64,000 nt of DNA, taken from NCBI GenBank assembly GCA_964598845.1, contig CAZRDM010000005.1, positions 32,765-96,764 on the forward strand, read 5' to 3'. Positions within the stretch are counted from its first letter, which is position 1. Each line of letters opens with the position of its first letter. The DNA is from an uncultured Candidatus Bathyarchaeia archaeon (GTDB lineage Archaea; Thermoproteota; Bathyarchaeia; 40CM-2-53-6). A program made the translations under genes and the position numbers. Positions 40,200-49,381 of this stretch are shown here, piece by piece. The notes below the pieces were generated by a model that was not told where the DNA came from, did no database searches, and worked only from the letters and a program-made list of their open reading frames with translations.

Positions 40200-41264
40200 A
40201 TCTTTATCCATGAACAGTTTCAAGAAGTCATACCCACGCGCCTGAGGCGACCCGACAAGGATTCGTTGATATTTCAGACGTCCTGATCGGTCCAAGACAT
40301 CCTCGAGTTTTCCTCTGATTACCAACCATTCTCCGCTCTCAGCGATATCCGCGTAGAGTCCCTCGAAGCTGACCACCTTGTGGACCTTGTTGAACTTGCC
40401 CGAGCCTTGAAGCTGAACACAGTCCACGAGATAAATCGACGGAAGGAAATATGAATCCGTAGTATCGACAACCTTGGCTCTTGCTTCAACAATCCCATGG
40501 GACTTGTAGACTTCATCACCGTAGCGCTCGCTAACTTCCTCCTCGGTCTTCGTCGGATGTATCGAGAAGATTGTGTTCTTGAAGACTCCCTTGTTCCACT
40601 TCCTTGAATAGAGCATTCTAGCCTCGTTCAAAGTCAAGGGATGAACCGTGGACATCTCTCTGCACCATCTCGAGAGTCTCGTACCCTGAAGCTTCTGGAC
40701 TGCGCCCCTTGCGTACAGTCGGAGCAATGCCTCCTTGATCTTCCGGCTCTCATCACGGCCATACACAACCAAGTCTATGTCACTAAAGCTCACGTTGTGG
40801 ACATCTAGCAAGATTGATCCTGTGATTCCAAGACTATCCAGAGAAATTCCGCTATCATCACAAAGGAGGGAAGCCAGTTCAACAGCCTTCTTTTCAAGAT
40901 TGTCCAAATCATCGGTCCTGAAGAGGTCCTTCAAGCGTTCGTCTGGTCGATAGTGTTTCGCGATTCTTTCCAGCGGAACCGCGAAGAAGGTCATGCGAAG
41001 CGGTTCAGATCGAAAGAGGTACTCGGGGTATCGTCCACGCAGGAACTCTATCTGCTTCATCACATTTGACGCTGAGTAATACCTGACTAACCTTCTGTAC
41101 CTCCTCCTGCCCTTCCCCCATTTTCCGCGGTGGCTCGGCACGTACTTCGGGAAAGCGAAAACTCGGTCGTTGGGGTGAACGTTGCCTATGACAGCGAAGA
41201 ATAGGCCGTCGATAGTTTCAATGTAGTCGCGGTCTCTAAAACCTCTACTCACTCTTTCCAACAA
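40185..41264 (-). CDS. nucleotidyltransferase-fold protein of unknown function (paralog A)
   Basis: 359 aa. A Pol-beta-type NTase motif G-x-x-GS...SDIDLVVYG sits at about residues 135-170, behind a roughly 130-aa N-terminal domain. It is a tandem paralog of the next gene, with similar motif order. Confidence 0.6.
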   Translation of the reverse strand: MLERVSRGFRDRDYIETIDGLFFAVIGNVHPNDRVFAFPKYVPSHRGKWGKGRRRYRRLVRYYSASNVMKQIEFLRGRYPEYLFRSEPLRMTFFAVPLERIAKHYRPDERLKDLFRTDDLDNLEKKAVELASLLCDDSGISLDSLGITGSILLDVHNVSFSDIDLVVYGRDESRKIKEALLRLYARGAVQKLQGTRLSRWCREMSTVHPLTLNEARMLYSRKWNKGVFKNTIFSIHPTKTEEEVSERYGDEVYKSHGIVEARAKVVDTTDSYFLPSIYLVDCVQLQGSGKFNKVHKVVSFEGLYADIAESGEWLVIRGKLEDVLDRSGRLKYQRILVGSPQARGYDFLKLFMDKDLCCC

Positions 41265-42276
41265 CCGTTAGGAAGTCACGTGGATCCTCGCCGATTACCA
41301 ACCTATGCGTTTCACCGCGCTTTTCAACAACCTTCTCCAAAGTCCCCTTCGCAAGAATACGCTCTCCAATGAGTGCCTGCTCGCAAAATCTGCCCCTAAA
41401 GGAAACTATCTGAGAGGGAGGCTTAATCGCTGCGCCTCCAGTTAACTCAACGTGTAAGATCTGATAAGTAGAGGGAGTGAAGATTGACTCGGAGTCATCC
41501 ACGATCGTCGCGCTCAGGGTGGCCATGCCAATGGGATAGTACTTCCTATCACCATATTCCTCATGCAGTTCGTCCCATTCCTTGACGCAACGTATGAAGT
41601 ACTGCGTACCCCTGAAGGTTCCTTGCAGAACCTTCGACTGCTCATGTCTGACGAACGTCTCGAATGATATTGCAGACGCTAGACTCCTCTGCTTGTACAG
41701 TTTGCGCAGATCGCTCGCACCGCACGGACTAAACCCTTCTGAACGGGTTTCGAGAAGCGACTTCAGTCTTGCATGAGTCTGGCGAGAGGCCTCGGTGCCA
41801 TAAAGGACCAAGTCTATGTCGGATTCCGCAGCGTGGAGGCCGACGAGGATCGAGCCCGAGACCCCAATTTTGGAGGAGGAGATTCCAGTTTGATTCGTCA
41901 GAGTTTCCACCATACCGATGGCGAGTCGCTCCTGCGGATCAAGGTCAGCTTTCTGCCTGAGCTCTGCGTATCTCTCTGTTGGGATGCAGTGCGACTTGAC
42001 ATTATCCAGAGGAACGGCCTGCACTTCCCTATTGAACACAGGGCACCTGTAGAGGTAGTGTGGCCATCTCCTCGCAAGGAGATAGGCACGTGCATCGAGG
42101 TCGTAGACCTTTCGATACTTGATTCCGTTTCTTTGCCTAGTTCCGCGTCCGTCGGGAAGGTATCTGAGATATGCTATGACTCGATCGGGAGGATGAAGAA
42201 ATCCCTTTACATCAAAGATCAGTCCCTCGACGGTTTCGATGAAGTCTCCTTCCCGAGCTTTGACTTTCCAAGTCAT
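41245..42276 (-). CDS. nucleotidyltransferase-fold protein of unknown function (paralog B)
   Basis: 343 aa with the GVSGSILVGLHAAESDIDLVLYG NTase motif; N- and C-regions align with paralog A (FIETVEGLIFDV vs YIETIDGLFFAV). Confidence 0.6.
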   Translation of the reverse strand: MTWKVKAREGDFIETVEGLIFDVKGFLHPPDRVIAYLRYLPDGRGTRQRNGIKYRKVYDLDARAYLLARRWPHYLYRCPVFNREVQAVPLDNVKSHCIPTERYAELRQKADLDPQERLAIGMVETLTNQTGISSSKIGVSGSILVGLHAAESDIDLVLYGTEASRQTHARLKSLLETRSEGFSPCGASDLRKLYKQRSLASAISFETFVRHEQSKVLQGTFRGTQYFIRCVKEWDELHEEYGDRKYYPIGMATLSATIVDDSESIFTPSTYQILHVELTGGAAIKPPSQIVSFRGRFCEQALIGERILAKGTLEKVVEKRGETHRLVIGEDPRDFLTVVGKSE

Positions 42277-42316
42277 TATGAAGGATCCGCCTACCCATCT
42301 AGAGAACTTCAGGCCA

Positions 42317-43195
42317 CTATCGGCGCGCCTTCGATAAGACGTACTGTGCTATCTGATCGGCAATACTGACCTTCGTGGTGCTCTGAAGTCCTCGCCAGCC
42401 CGGCTGAGAATTGACCTCGTTTACGAGAAGGCCTGCATCACTCTCCATAATGTCCACGCCGGCGATTTCGCAGCCGATCGCGCTTGCCGCATCAAGAGCA
42501 AGCTTCTCTGTTTCTGCAACCAGATCTGCCTTGACAGAGGCTGCGCCTTGGCTCACGTTCGTCTTCCAAGACTCAGCAACCCTGTACATCGCAGCCACAG
42601 CCCTCCCGCCGATGACGAAGATTCTCATGTCCCTTTTCCCATGGGGGACAAATTCCTGAACGTAGATGACGTGCCGATAGAAACGAAGCGTTCTGAAGAC
42701 TCTCTCTGCCACATCGGTATCTGAGATCTTGGCTGCGCCTATTCCTCTTGAACCGAAAATAGGTTTCACGATGGCTTCACCGCCGAAGGCCTTGAAGGCC
42801 TTCAAAGCCTCAGACACGCTCTCGGTGATAACGGTCCTCGGGATTGAGATTCCATTTTCATTCAAGATCGTGAGGGCGTAGTACTTGTCAACAGCTTTCT
42901 CTATGGCGGATGGATGATTGATCACAGGTAGGCCCATCCTCCAGAGCTTGTGCAACATGTCCATTTGAAAGATCACTTCATCCAACGAACCCCGTCCTAT
43001 CGGCCGAACAAGCAAGGCGCCAAGATCCCTGATGAGATCAAGATTCTCGAAGGAGATCTGAGGCTCCATGTTTATTCGCGCTGCGATGTCGGTGAAACTC
43101 AATGCGACGGGGTCTGCCCCGTTTCGACGAAAAGCCTGAAGGAGTCTGGAGGAACACCAAGCATCTTGGTTCCTTGTCAGGAGACCGATCTTCAA
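42317..43195 (-). CDS. RimK-family ATP-grasp ligase (H4MPT:alpha-L-glutamate ligase MptN / F420 alpha-glutamyl ligase CofF-like)
   Basis: 292 aa. The N-terminus (MKIGLLTRNQDAW), ATP-grasp core, and C-terminal VNEVNSQPG are typical of the RimK/LysX family. Confidence 0.75.
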   Translation of the reverse strand: MKIGLLTRNQDAWCSSRLLQAFRRNGADPVALSFTDIAARINMEPQISFENLDLIRDLGALLVRPIGRGSLDEVIFQMDMLHKLWRMGLPVINHPSAIEKAVDKYYALTILNENGISIPRTVITESVSEALKAFKAFGGEAIVKPIFGSRGIGAAKISDTDVAERVFRTLRFYRHVIYVQEFVPHGKRDMRIFVIGGRAVAAMYRVAESWKTNVSQGAASVKADLVAETEKLALDAASAIGCEIAGVDIMESDAGLLVNEVNSQPGWRGLQSTTKVSIADQIAQYVLSKARR

Positions 43196-43295
43196 AACTT
43201 GGACATCTCGCAGGAGGCATACCCGCTAACAGCCGAAAATAAAAGCTAGGCGGCCTCTAATCACGGCAGATAGTACCTAGAGCTTCGAGTTCAAA

Positions 43296-44135
43296 TTGCA
43301 CTTCAACGCGAGACGAATTAGGACAAGGTATTGGAGACCGGGGGACGACTTCGTGAAGATCATCCTCGAGTCTATTGCGAGTGAGTGTCAGGACGGCGAC
43401 ATCGTGGTGGTTTCTGAGAAGGCAATCTCAGTAGCTCTGGGCCGAGTCGTGGATGAAGCTCTGATTCGGCCGAGTTTCTTAGCTAAGGTTCTTGCCAGGA
43501 TTTGGACGAGACTGGGGTGGGGCTATTTTCTTGGACCGTTGTGCCGTTTAAGAGACAAGACTCTTTGGCGGTTGAGACGGTATCCTATCCCTCAAGGTGA
43601 GGTTCACAAGCAAGTGGCATTGCAATATGCGGGGTTTGGACAGGCGCTGCTTCACTATTCCGAAGGAGGAATAGATGTCACAAATCTTCCGTATGCCCTT
43701 GTCTCATTACCTCTGAACAACCCTGACGGTGTCGGCCAGAATATTCGCAAAGCGATTCAGGAAGTCTTGGGCAAGCAAGTTACTGTGATGATCACTGATA
43801 CCGACAAGACCTACAGCCGAAAAGGAACGCACCTTACTCCGAGACCTGGCGCTGTGAGAGGCGTTAGGTCACTGGGAATAGTCGCGTTCATCCTAGGTAG
43901 GACGCTTCGGTGGACTGCTCGAGCCACCCCATTAACAGTAGACGGAGCGTCATTTTCACTTGAGGAGGCTCTTTCGGCGGCCGAAGCGGCTGATAGAGCG
44001 AGAGGACATGGCGCGGGACGAACGGCTTGGGATATGGCGAGAAGGTTCCGTGTCGAACTCACAGGAATAACATGGGAGATGCTAGACTCGATAGGCCATT
44101 ATCCTATCGTGTTAGTAAGAAAGTTGAATGAGTAA
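43296..44135 (+). CDS. CofE-like (F420-0:gamma-glutamyl ligase family) protein
   Basis: The DGDIVVVSEKAISVALGRVVD motif is characteristic of the CofE family; divergently transcribed from the ATP-grasp gene. Confidence 0.65.
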   Translation: MHFNARRIRTRYWRPGDDFVKIILESIASECQDGDIVVVSEKAISVALGRVVDEALIRPSFLAKVLARIWTRLGWGYFLGPLCRLRDKTLWRLRRYPIPQGEVHKQVALQYAGFGQALLHYSEGGIDVTNLPYALVSLPLNNPDGVGQNIRKAIQEVLGKQVTVMITDTDKTYSRKGTHLTPRPGAVRGVRSLGIVAFILGRTLRWTARATPLTVDGASFSLEEALSAAEAADRARGHGAGRTAWDMARRFRVELTGITWEMLDSIGHYPIVLVRKLNE

Positions 44136-44138
44136 TGC

Positions 44139-45092
44139 TCAGGGCTTGTAGCCTGATAGGGTTGCCAGTGCTAGAACCGAAGCTGTTATGTCCGCTGTGG
44201 AGCCCGGGTTGAGTAGGTGCCTGTTCATTCTGAGTTCTTCGTCGAGAAGTTCGATCTCTCTTCGTCCCGCTTTTGTGCTCGCTCCACCAAGTGCAAGCGT
44301 CTTTTTGGCGCGGTTACAAGTCCACCTAGCCTTGTCGATGTCAGCCTTGCGTGCGATTAAGGTATCAGGTATCTCCGAGAGAATCTTAAGATACGTGTTG
44401 ACCGTAGCCTCATTAACATCCCCCGTTCTCGCCAATTCCTTGCTGAAGTATGGATAACCAAGCTCGCAAGTAACCTTGTAATCAGTCGTCCACTCCCTGC
44501 AGATCGAATCCCAGTCAGCCGCCAAACGAAATATCTCGAGAAGCGTGAATCTTTCGTCTAGTATCCTCCGCCTTGATGACGGATCCAATGCGTCTAGTTG
44601 TGGTGCTCTTCCAAGGCCACCGGGCTTCCCATAAGTGATCGCCTCGTAGAAAGCTATTGAATCAGCCACTGTTGTTGATCTAAGTACTCTCCGTAGATTG
44701 CGCCTAAGACGGGAACGTGAGAGATGGCGCCCGGTGAATGTCATGCCTGCTGCAACAGCAAGCGGTACGAGCAGAGTCAGAGTTCCAAGACTGGTGTTCC
44801 CGCCTCTCTGCGAATGCATTATGCTAATGACCGCGTCCCGGATTGCGGCTCCAACCTCTGCATGTTGAACAGAGATCTTCTTCCTCGAGATGAGTATCCC
44901 TCTCTTGGCAGCTCTTTCGAAGTAGGACCTTGACGCTACTGCAGATGCGAGAAAGTGTTCGTATGTGGTTTCTGAGTAGTCACGGGTTCTGTGAACATTC
45001 CCGGGCTTTGGGTATGCGCTCACTTCGAGGAGCATGGCGAGTTCAAGGCGACCTGAAATTTCGCTTGCGATGTCTGATGGAGATTGCGGCAA
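44139..45092 (-). CDS. triphosphoribosyl-dephospho-CoA synthase (CitG/MdcB) family protein
   Basis: The N-terminal LLEVSAYPKPGNV motif matches the CitG family (ALxExxLxPKPGLVD); about 317 aa. Confidence 0.7.
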   Translation of the reverse strand: MPQSPSDIASEISGRLELAMLLEVSAYPKPGNVHRTRDYSETTYEHFLASAVASRSYFERAAKRGILISRKKISVQHAEVGAAIRDAVISIMHSQRGGNTSLGTLTLLVPLAVAAGMTFTGRHLSRSRLRRNLRRVLRSTTVADSIAFYEAITYGKPGGLGRAPQLDALDPSSRRRILDERFTLLEIFRLAADWDSICREWTTDYKVTCELGYPYFSKELARTGDVNEATVNTYLKILSEIPDTLIARKADIDKARWTCNRAKKTLALGGASTKAGRREIELLDEELRMNRHLLNPGSTADITASVLALATLSGYKP

Positions 45093-45374
45093 TTCTCTCG
45101 CATTGTTTGCGTAGCATGTCCGCTAATAGGTCTATGGCAGATTAGACTTAAGGACACTAGTTCCGCATGTGAGGGCGTCAGGTCTTCTTGGCATCAATCG
45201 TCGACCTGCATTCGAGACTAACGAGAAATCGGCGATACAGTAACCTGTTACTACTGAAACTATTTTTGGGGTTTCACTGGACTCTCTGATTGGTTTGTTC
45301 CTGAATCCCGCCGGAGCCATCTTCGGATTCCTCAAGGTGCTACCGTAGCCTTGGGCGCCACTGGAGCGGGATGT

Positions 45375-45791
45375 ATGAGAATCAAACGCGGCTACATACT
45401 AGGAGCGATTATACTGCTCTCGGTGGCAACCTTCTACGCGCATCCGTTAGAACGTGCATCTCCTCTTTACCCTTGACTTCACATCATGGCGATGATCCTT
45501 GCGCTCTCGCCCATCGCCGGTTTGACACGCAACTGGTTTGCATCCACAGAGCTCAGGAAGACGACCTCGAATGTCTTGGTGGCTGCTTTCGTCGGGACGC
45601 TAACTCATCATGCCTTCGGCAGCGCGTTGAGCATCTGGTATTTCTCTCCCACGCTGACGCCTGCCAGATGGAATCTGATAATGTATGTCTACCCCGTAGA
45701 GAGGCTGGTTACAGTTGCTATCGTAACGATCATTGGCGCCCCAGTCTACCATCGCCTCAAGCTCTCACGAATCTTTGGGAGACTCAACTGA
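45375..45791 (+). pseudogene. degraded third paralog of the 27020/37681 membrane-protein family (N-terminal half missing, in-frame TGA at 45474..45476)
   Basis: The short ORF MRIKRGYILGAIILLSVATFYAHPLERASPLYP* continues in frame into ORF 45486..45791. The combined product aligns with the C-terminal half of the 37681 protein (FLVHPFARAVPLW ~ FYAHPLERASPLYP; PVESVYSVAIASMVGVPV ~ PVERLVTVAIVTIIGAPV). Confidence 0.4.
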
Positions 45792-45995
45792 GAGCTCCCC
45801 ACTTCCGATAGGAAGATCGAGTGAAAGAAATTGCCTGCAAGCGAAATATTTGACACAGATGTAGTGAACGCGAACAATCAGCCCGATGAAGGTGACAGAC
45901 GCTTCTTGGCGGCAACACATTTGAAAGCAGACCTTTCTCGTCGCAAAGCTTTCCAGCCGTGAAACGTGAACTAAAGCCTTTTACAATTCGCTGGC

Positions 45996-47372
45996 ATGCG
46001 CCTCAACGCTGAGGCATCATACTTGCAAGTTGAGGTAGAGCGACCGAAGATTGTTGTAACTCCGCCGGGGCCGAAAGCGCGTGAACTCCTCGAAAAAGAT
46101 GAAGCTTACATTACGAAGTCTGCGGTGAGATGGTATCCTCTAGTTGCCGAATCCGGATCCGGGTGCATCGTCCGAGATGTAGATGGAAATAGGTACGTTG
46201 ATTTCAACTCGGGTATAGCAGTGCTTAACGTCGGTCATTCTCATCCCAGAGTGGTCCAGGCGATCAAAGAGCAGTCGGAGAGACTTCTGCACTATTCTTG
46301 GACAGATTTCTATTACAAACCGCTTGTCGATTTAGCCGAGGAATTGACCAAAATTACACCCGGAACTTTTCCCAAGAAGGTCTTCATGGCGAATAGTGGT
46401 GCCGAGGCCGTAGAAGCGGCTATGAAAGTCTCGAGGTGGCACACACGCAGACCGCTCTTCCTGGCTTACAGTAGTTCATTTCATGGCAGAACCTTCGGAG
46501 CGATGAGTCTGACTGCCAGCAAACCTGTTCAAAGACGACATTTCTTACCGGCGGTTCCGCAGGTGACTCATATCCCATACCCATACTGCTACAGATGTCC
46601 GTTCCATTTGGAGTATCCCGAATGCGGCATGTGGTGTGTGGACTTCATTGATGAAGAGGTCTTGAAGAAGTATCATCCGGCTGAGGACACTGCAGCAATG
46701 TTCATCGAAGCCATTCAAGGGGAGGGCGGATATGTTGTTCCACCAGACGACTACTTCCAACGCCTAAAGAAAACCCTCGACAAGAATGGTATCTTAATGG
46801 TGGACGACGAGATTCAGTCGGGGATGGGGAGGACGGGAAAGTGGTCTGCAATTGAACACTTCGGCGTTATCCCCGATATCATAACGATCGCCAAAGCTCT
46901 CGCCTCAGGTCTTCCGCTAGGTGCGATGGTAGCGAAAGAGGAGATTATGGACTGGGAAGGCGGCTCTCACGCGAACACATTTGGAGGTAATCCGGTTGCA
47001 TGTGCGGCCGCACTGCAAGTTATCGAAATCATGAAGCAGGAAAGGCTACTGGAGAACGCTACTAGGCAGGGGACCTACCTGATTAAACGCCTCAAAGAAA
47101 TGCAAGAGAAATATCCGATGGTAGGCGACGTCCGCGGGAAGGGCCTGATGGTAGGCGCGGAAATCGTGAAAGATCCCAAAACGAAGGAGCCTGCCTCCCA
47201 AGAAGTGCAGGACATCATGAACGTGTGCTTCAAGCGCGGACTGGCAATAATAACCGCAGGAAAATCCACAATGCGATTCGCTCCTCCACTTATCATTACC
47301 CGCGAGCTGATAGATACTGGTCTTGAAATCTTCGAAGAAGCTGTGCGAGAGATAGCCAAGAAGCTCAGCTAG
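45996..47372 (+). CDS. class III PLP-dependent aminotransferase (4-aminobutyrate/omega-aminotransferase family)
   Basis: 458 aa with aminotransferase class-III motifs (DEIQSGMGRTGK, TIAKALASGLPLGA). Confidence 0.85.
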   Translation: MRLNAEASYLQVEVERPKIVVTPPGPKARELLEKDEAYITKSAVRWYPLVAESGSGCIVRDVDGNRYVDFNSGIAVLNVGHSHPRVVQAIKEQSERLLHYSWTDFYYKPLVDLAEELTKITPGTFPKKVFMANSGAEAVEAAMKVSRWHTRRPLFLAYSSSFHGRTFGAMSLTASKPVQRRHFLPAVPQVTHIPYPYCYRCPFHLEYPECGMWCVDFIDEEVLKKYHPAEDTAAMFIEAIQGEGGYVVPPDDYFQRLKKTLDKNGILMVDDEIQSGMGRTGKWSAIEHFGVIPDIITIAKALASGLPLGAMVAKEEIMDWEGGSHANTFGGNPVACAAALQVIEIMKQERLLENATRQGTYLIKRLKEMQEKYPMVGDVRGKGLMVGAEIVKDPKTKEPASQEVQDIMNVCFKRGLAIITAGKSTMRFAPPLIITRELIDTGLEIFEEAVREIAKKLS

Positions 47373-47536
47373 GCACTAGCACACTTTCGACGAGCACTCG
47401 AGAAGGCGCTCGGATTCGCCGCGCTGCCAGCGATCGCAATGCAAACAAGACAAACAAGAGGACAGAAAACACCCTGATTCGGTGATCAGAGGAAAGAAAG
47501 GGGAGTTGCTCGCAACCTGAGTTTTGCGAGCTAATT

Positions 47537-47707
47537 TCATTTCCGGACTTTGTCGAATCTGGCTGCGACATCGTCAAAGTTGACGACTTTCCACCATTCG
47601 TCGACGTATGCACCGCGGTCATCCTTGTGTTGCAATTCATGATCGCGAGCAGGCCGACCAAGATTACTTTCGCTCTTCAGTAGTACCGCGTGACACGCTA
47701 TTCGTTT
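47537..47707 (-). pseudogene. remnant of a superoxide dismutase 3' end (degraded duplicate of the C-terminus of the sod gene at 48673..49281)
   Basis: Minus-strand translation gives ...RDHELQHKDDRGAYVDEWWKVVNFDDVAARFDKVRK*, versus the SOD C-terminus ...WEHAYYLTYKNDRAKYVDEWWKVANWDDVAARFEKAKK*. Nucleotide identity is about 75% over about 60 nt. There is no start codon, and the metal-ligand motif is degraded. Confidence 0.55.
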
Positions 47708-47772
47708 TCACGCGTCTGCTTCGAAAACTAAAACGACGTAGAGCGCTGTTTCAGCAGGTCGCCTAATGGACA

Positions 47773-48645
47773 ATGTGGCCATCGCAAGTCAACACAGGCA
47801 GGCTTCAGATTCAACCAGACTTGAGTCAGGACGACACAGGGGTTCTCGTCACTCCTCTAGAGAAACGTCTCCAAGCATACGACCGATTTCAGGAATTACT
47901 TGCCCGAGGCAAATCGACACATGAAATGGTGTGCACAATTTCGAAACGCTTCGGAGTCAGCCAAAGCACTGTCTATGCTTGGACAAAGGGCAGGTCGCCT
48001 TTCGGAAAGAGATGCGGAAGAATCACCCACGCTGAAGAACTGTTCTACGTCATAGGCGCTCTGCTAGGTGATGGATGCATCTACCTCTGGAGGAATCAAT
48101 ACTACGTCTGGCTCCTCGGCGAGAGAGAATTCTGCCTGAAGTATGCAGAGAAGATAGCTTGGTGTACGAGCAAAACAAAGGCCAAAACATATACATATCG
48201 AGGTAGAAACGTTTGGTTTGTCAAGTTTCAGAACGCCGAACTTTACTTTCTAATGAGGCGAGTACGTCAAGATTTCAACGTCCTTTCGAACTTGATTAGA
48301 CGCGGAGATCGTTTGGCCAATTCTTTACAGCTCATAGAAGGGTTCTTTGACGCCGAGGGATGTGTTAAGGTGATCAAGGAGAAAGTCAGAAGGACTCCTA
48401 AGATAAATCTCGATTTCAGTAACACCGACCTCAACCTCCTTGAGCTCGTTAGAAGAGAGTTGAAGTATGCACTCGGTATAGAAGGGCGGTTTACTTCTCA
48501 CAGAGATTTGAAGTCGAATAGGAAGGTGGCGTACCATCTACGAATATACCGGAAGGATGCTATTGGGAAATTTCTGTCAAACGTGAGCACGATAAAGCTG
48601 AAGCCCGAAAAAGTGCACTATGTGGAAAACTGGCTAAGAAAATAA
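47773..48645 (+). CDS. LAGLIDADG-family homing endonuclease-like protein with N-terminal HTH
   Basis: Two LAGLIDADG motifs (YVIGALLGDGCIY and IEGFFDAEGCV) plus an N-terminal HTH (ISKRFGVSQSTVYAWTKG); free-standing. Confidence 0.8.
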   Translation: MWPSQVNTGRLQIQPDLSQDDTGVLVTPLEKRLQAYDRFQELLARGKSTHEMVCTISKRFGVSQSTVYAWTKGRSPFGKRCGRITHAEELFYVIGALLGDGCIYLWRNQYYVWLLGEREFCLKYAEKIAWCTSKTKAKTYTYRGRNVWFVKFQNAELYFLMRRVRQDFNVLSNLIRRGDRLANSLQLIEGFFDAEGCVKVIKEKVRRTPKINLDFSNTDLNLLELVRRELKYALGIEGRFTSHRDLKSNRKVAYHLRIYRKDAIGKFLSNVSTIKLKPEKVHYVENWLRK

Positions 48646-48672
48646 AAAAAGGAAGGGCAGGAAGGAAAGAAC
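48646..48672 (-). terminator. T-rich tract immediately 3' of sod (archaeal oligo-T terminator candidate)
   Basis: On the sod coding strand, the stop is followed by cctttttttatttt (plus-strand aataaaaaaagg). Confidence 0.3.
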
Positions 48673-49281
48673 TCACTTTTTCGCTTTCTCGAATCTCGCC
48701 GCTACGTCGTCCCAGTTTGCGACCTTCCACCACTCGTCAACGTATTTTGCCCTGTCGTTCTTATAGGTCAAATAGTATGCATGCTCCCAAACGTCGAGTC
48801 CGAGGAGTATTGGGAGTTGGGCGAGGTGCATGAAGTTCTGCTTTTCGATTTGTGTGAGGACGAGTTGGTCGGTGGTGTTGTCGTAGAGTAGGAGTGCCCA
48901 CCCTGAGCCTTCAACAGTCTTCGCTGCGTCCGAGAATTGCTGTTTGAACTTATCAAAGCCGATAAAATCCTGCCTTATCCTATCTGCTATGGCCCCGCCC
49001 GGGGTCCCTCCTCCCTTACCGGGTGGCGCCATGTTGGGCCAGAAGATGCTGTGAAGTACGTGTCCGTCCAAGTTGAAACTGAAGTCTCTCAGTACGGCCC
49101 TCATGTCGACCTGCAGTTCTCCTTTCCTAGCTTTGTCTAGTTTTTCGAGAGCAGCGTTTGCTCCGGTAACGTATGCAGCATGATGCTTGTCGTGGTGGAG
49201 TCGCATGATCTCCTCGGAGATTACTGGTTCAAGTGCATTGTAGTTGTAAGGCAAATCCGGAAGAGTATATTTCTGCGGCAT
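48673..49281 (-). CDS. sod: Fe/Mn superoxide dismutase
   Basis: 202 aa with LPDLPY, HHxKHH, and DVWEHAYY metal-ligand motifs. Confidence 0.9.
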   Translation of the reverse strand: MPQKYTLPDLPYNYNALEPVISEEIMRLHHDKHHAAYVTGANAALEKLDKARKGELQVDMRAVLRDFSFNLDGHVLHSIFWPNMAPPGKGGGTPGGAIADRIRQDFIGFDKFKQQFSDAAKTVEGSGWALLLYDNTTDQLVLTQIEKQNFMHLAQLPILLGLDVWEHAYYLTYKNDRAKYVDEWWKVANWDDVAARFEKAKK

Positions 49282-49381
49282 GGCCTCTGCACGTAAACCG
49301 CATCTCTCATAAACTTTTCATCGACCAAAAATGTTGCGAGCTAGGGACAAGTCGCTCGGCAGGAATGGCATTTGCGAAAGT

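Larger units (their letters stand above)
47708..48672. mobile_element. putative homing-endonuclease-associated insertion between the sod gene and its displaced 3' remnant
   Basis: A LAGLIDADG endonuclease gene is flanked on one side by intact sod and on the other by a decayed copy of the sod 3' end. Exact boundaries are unknown. Confidence 0.35.
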
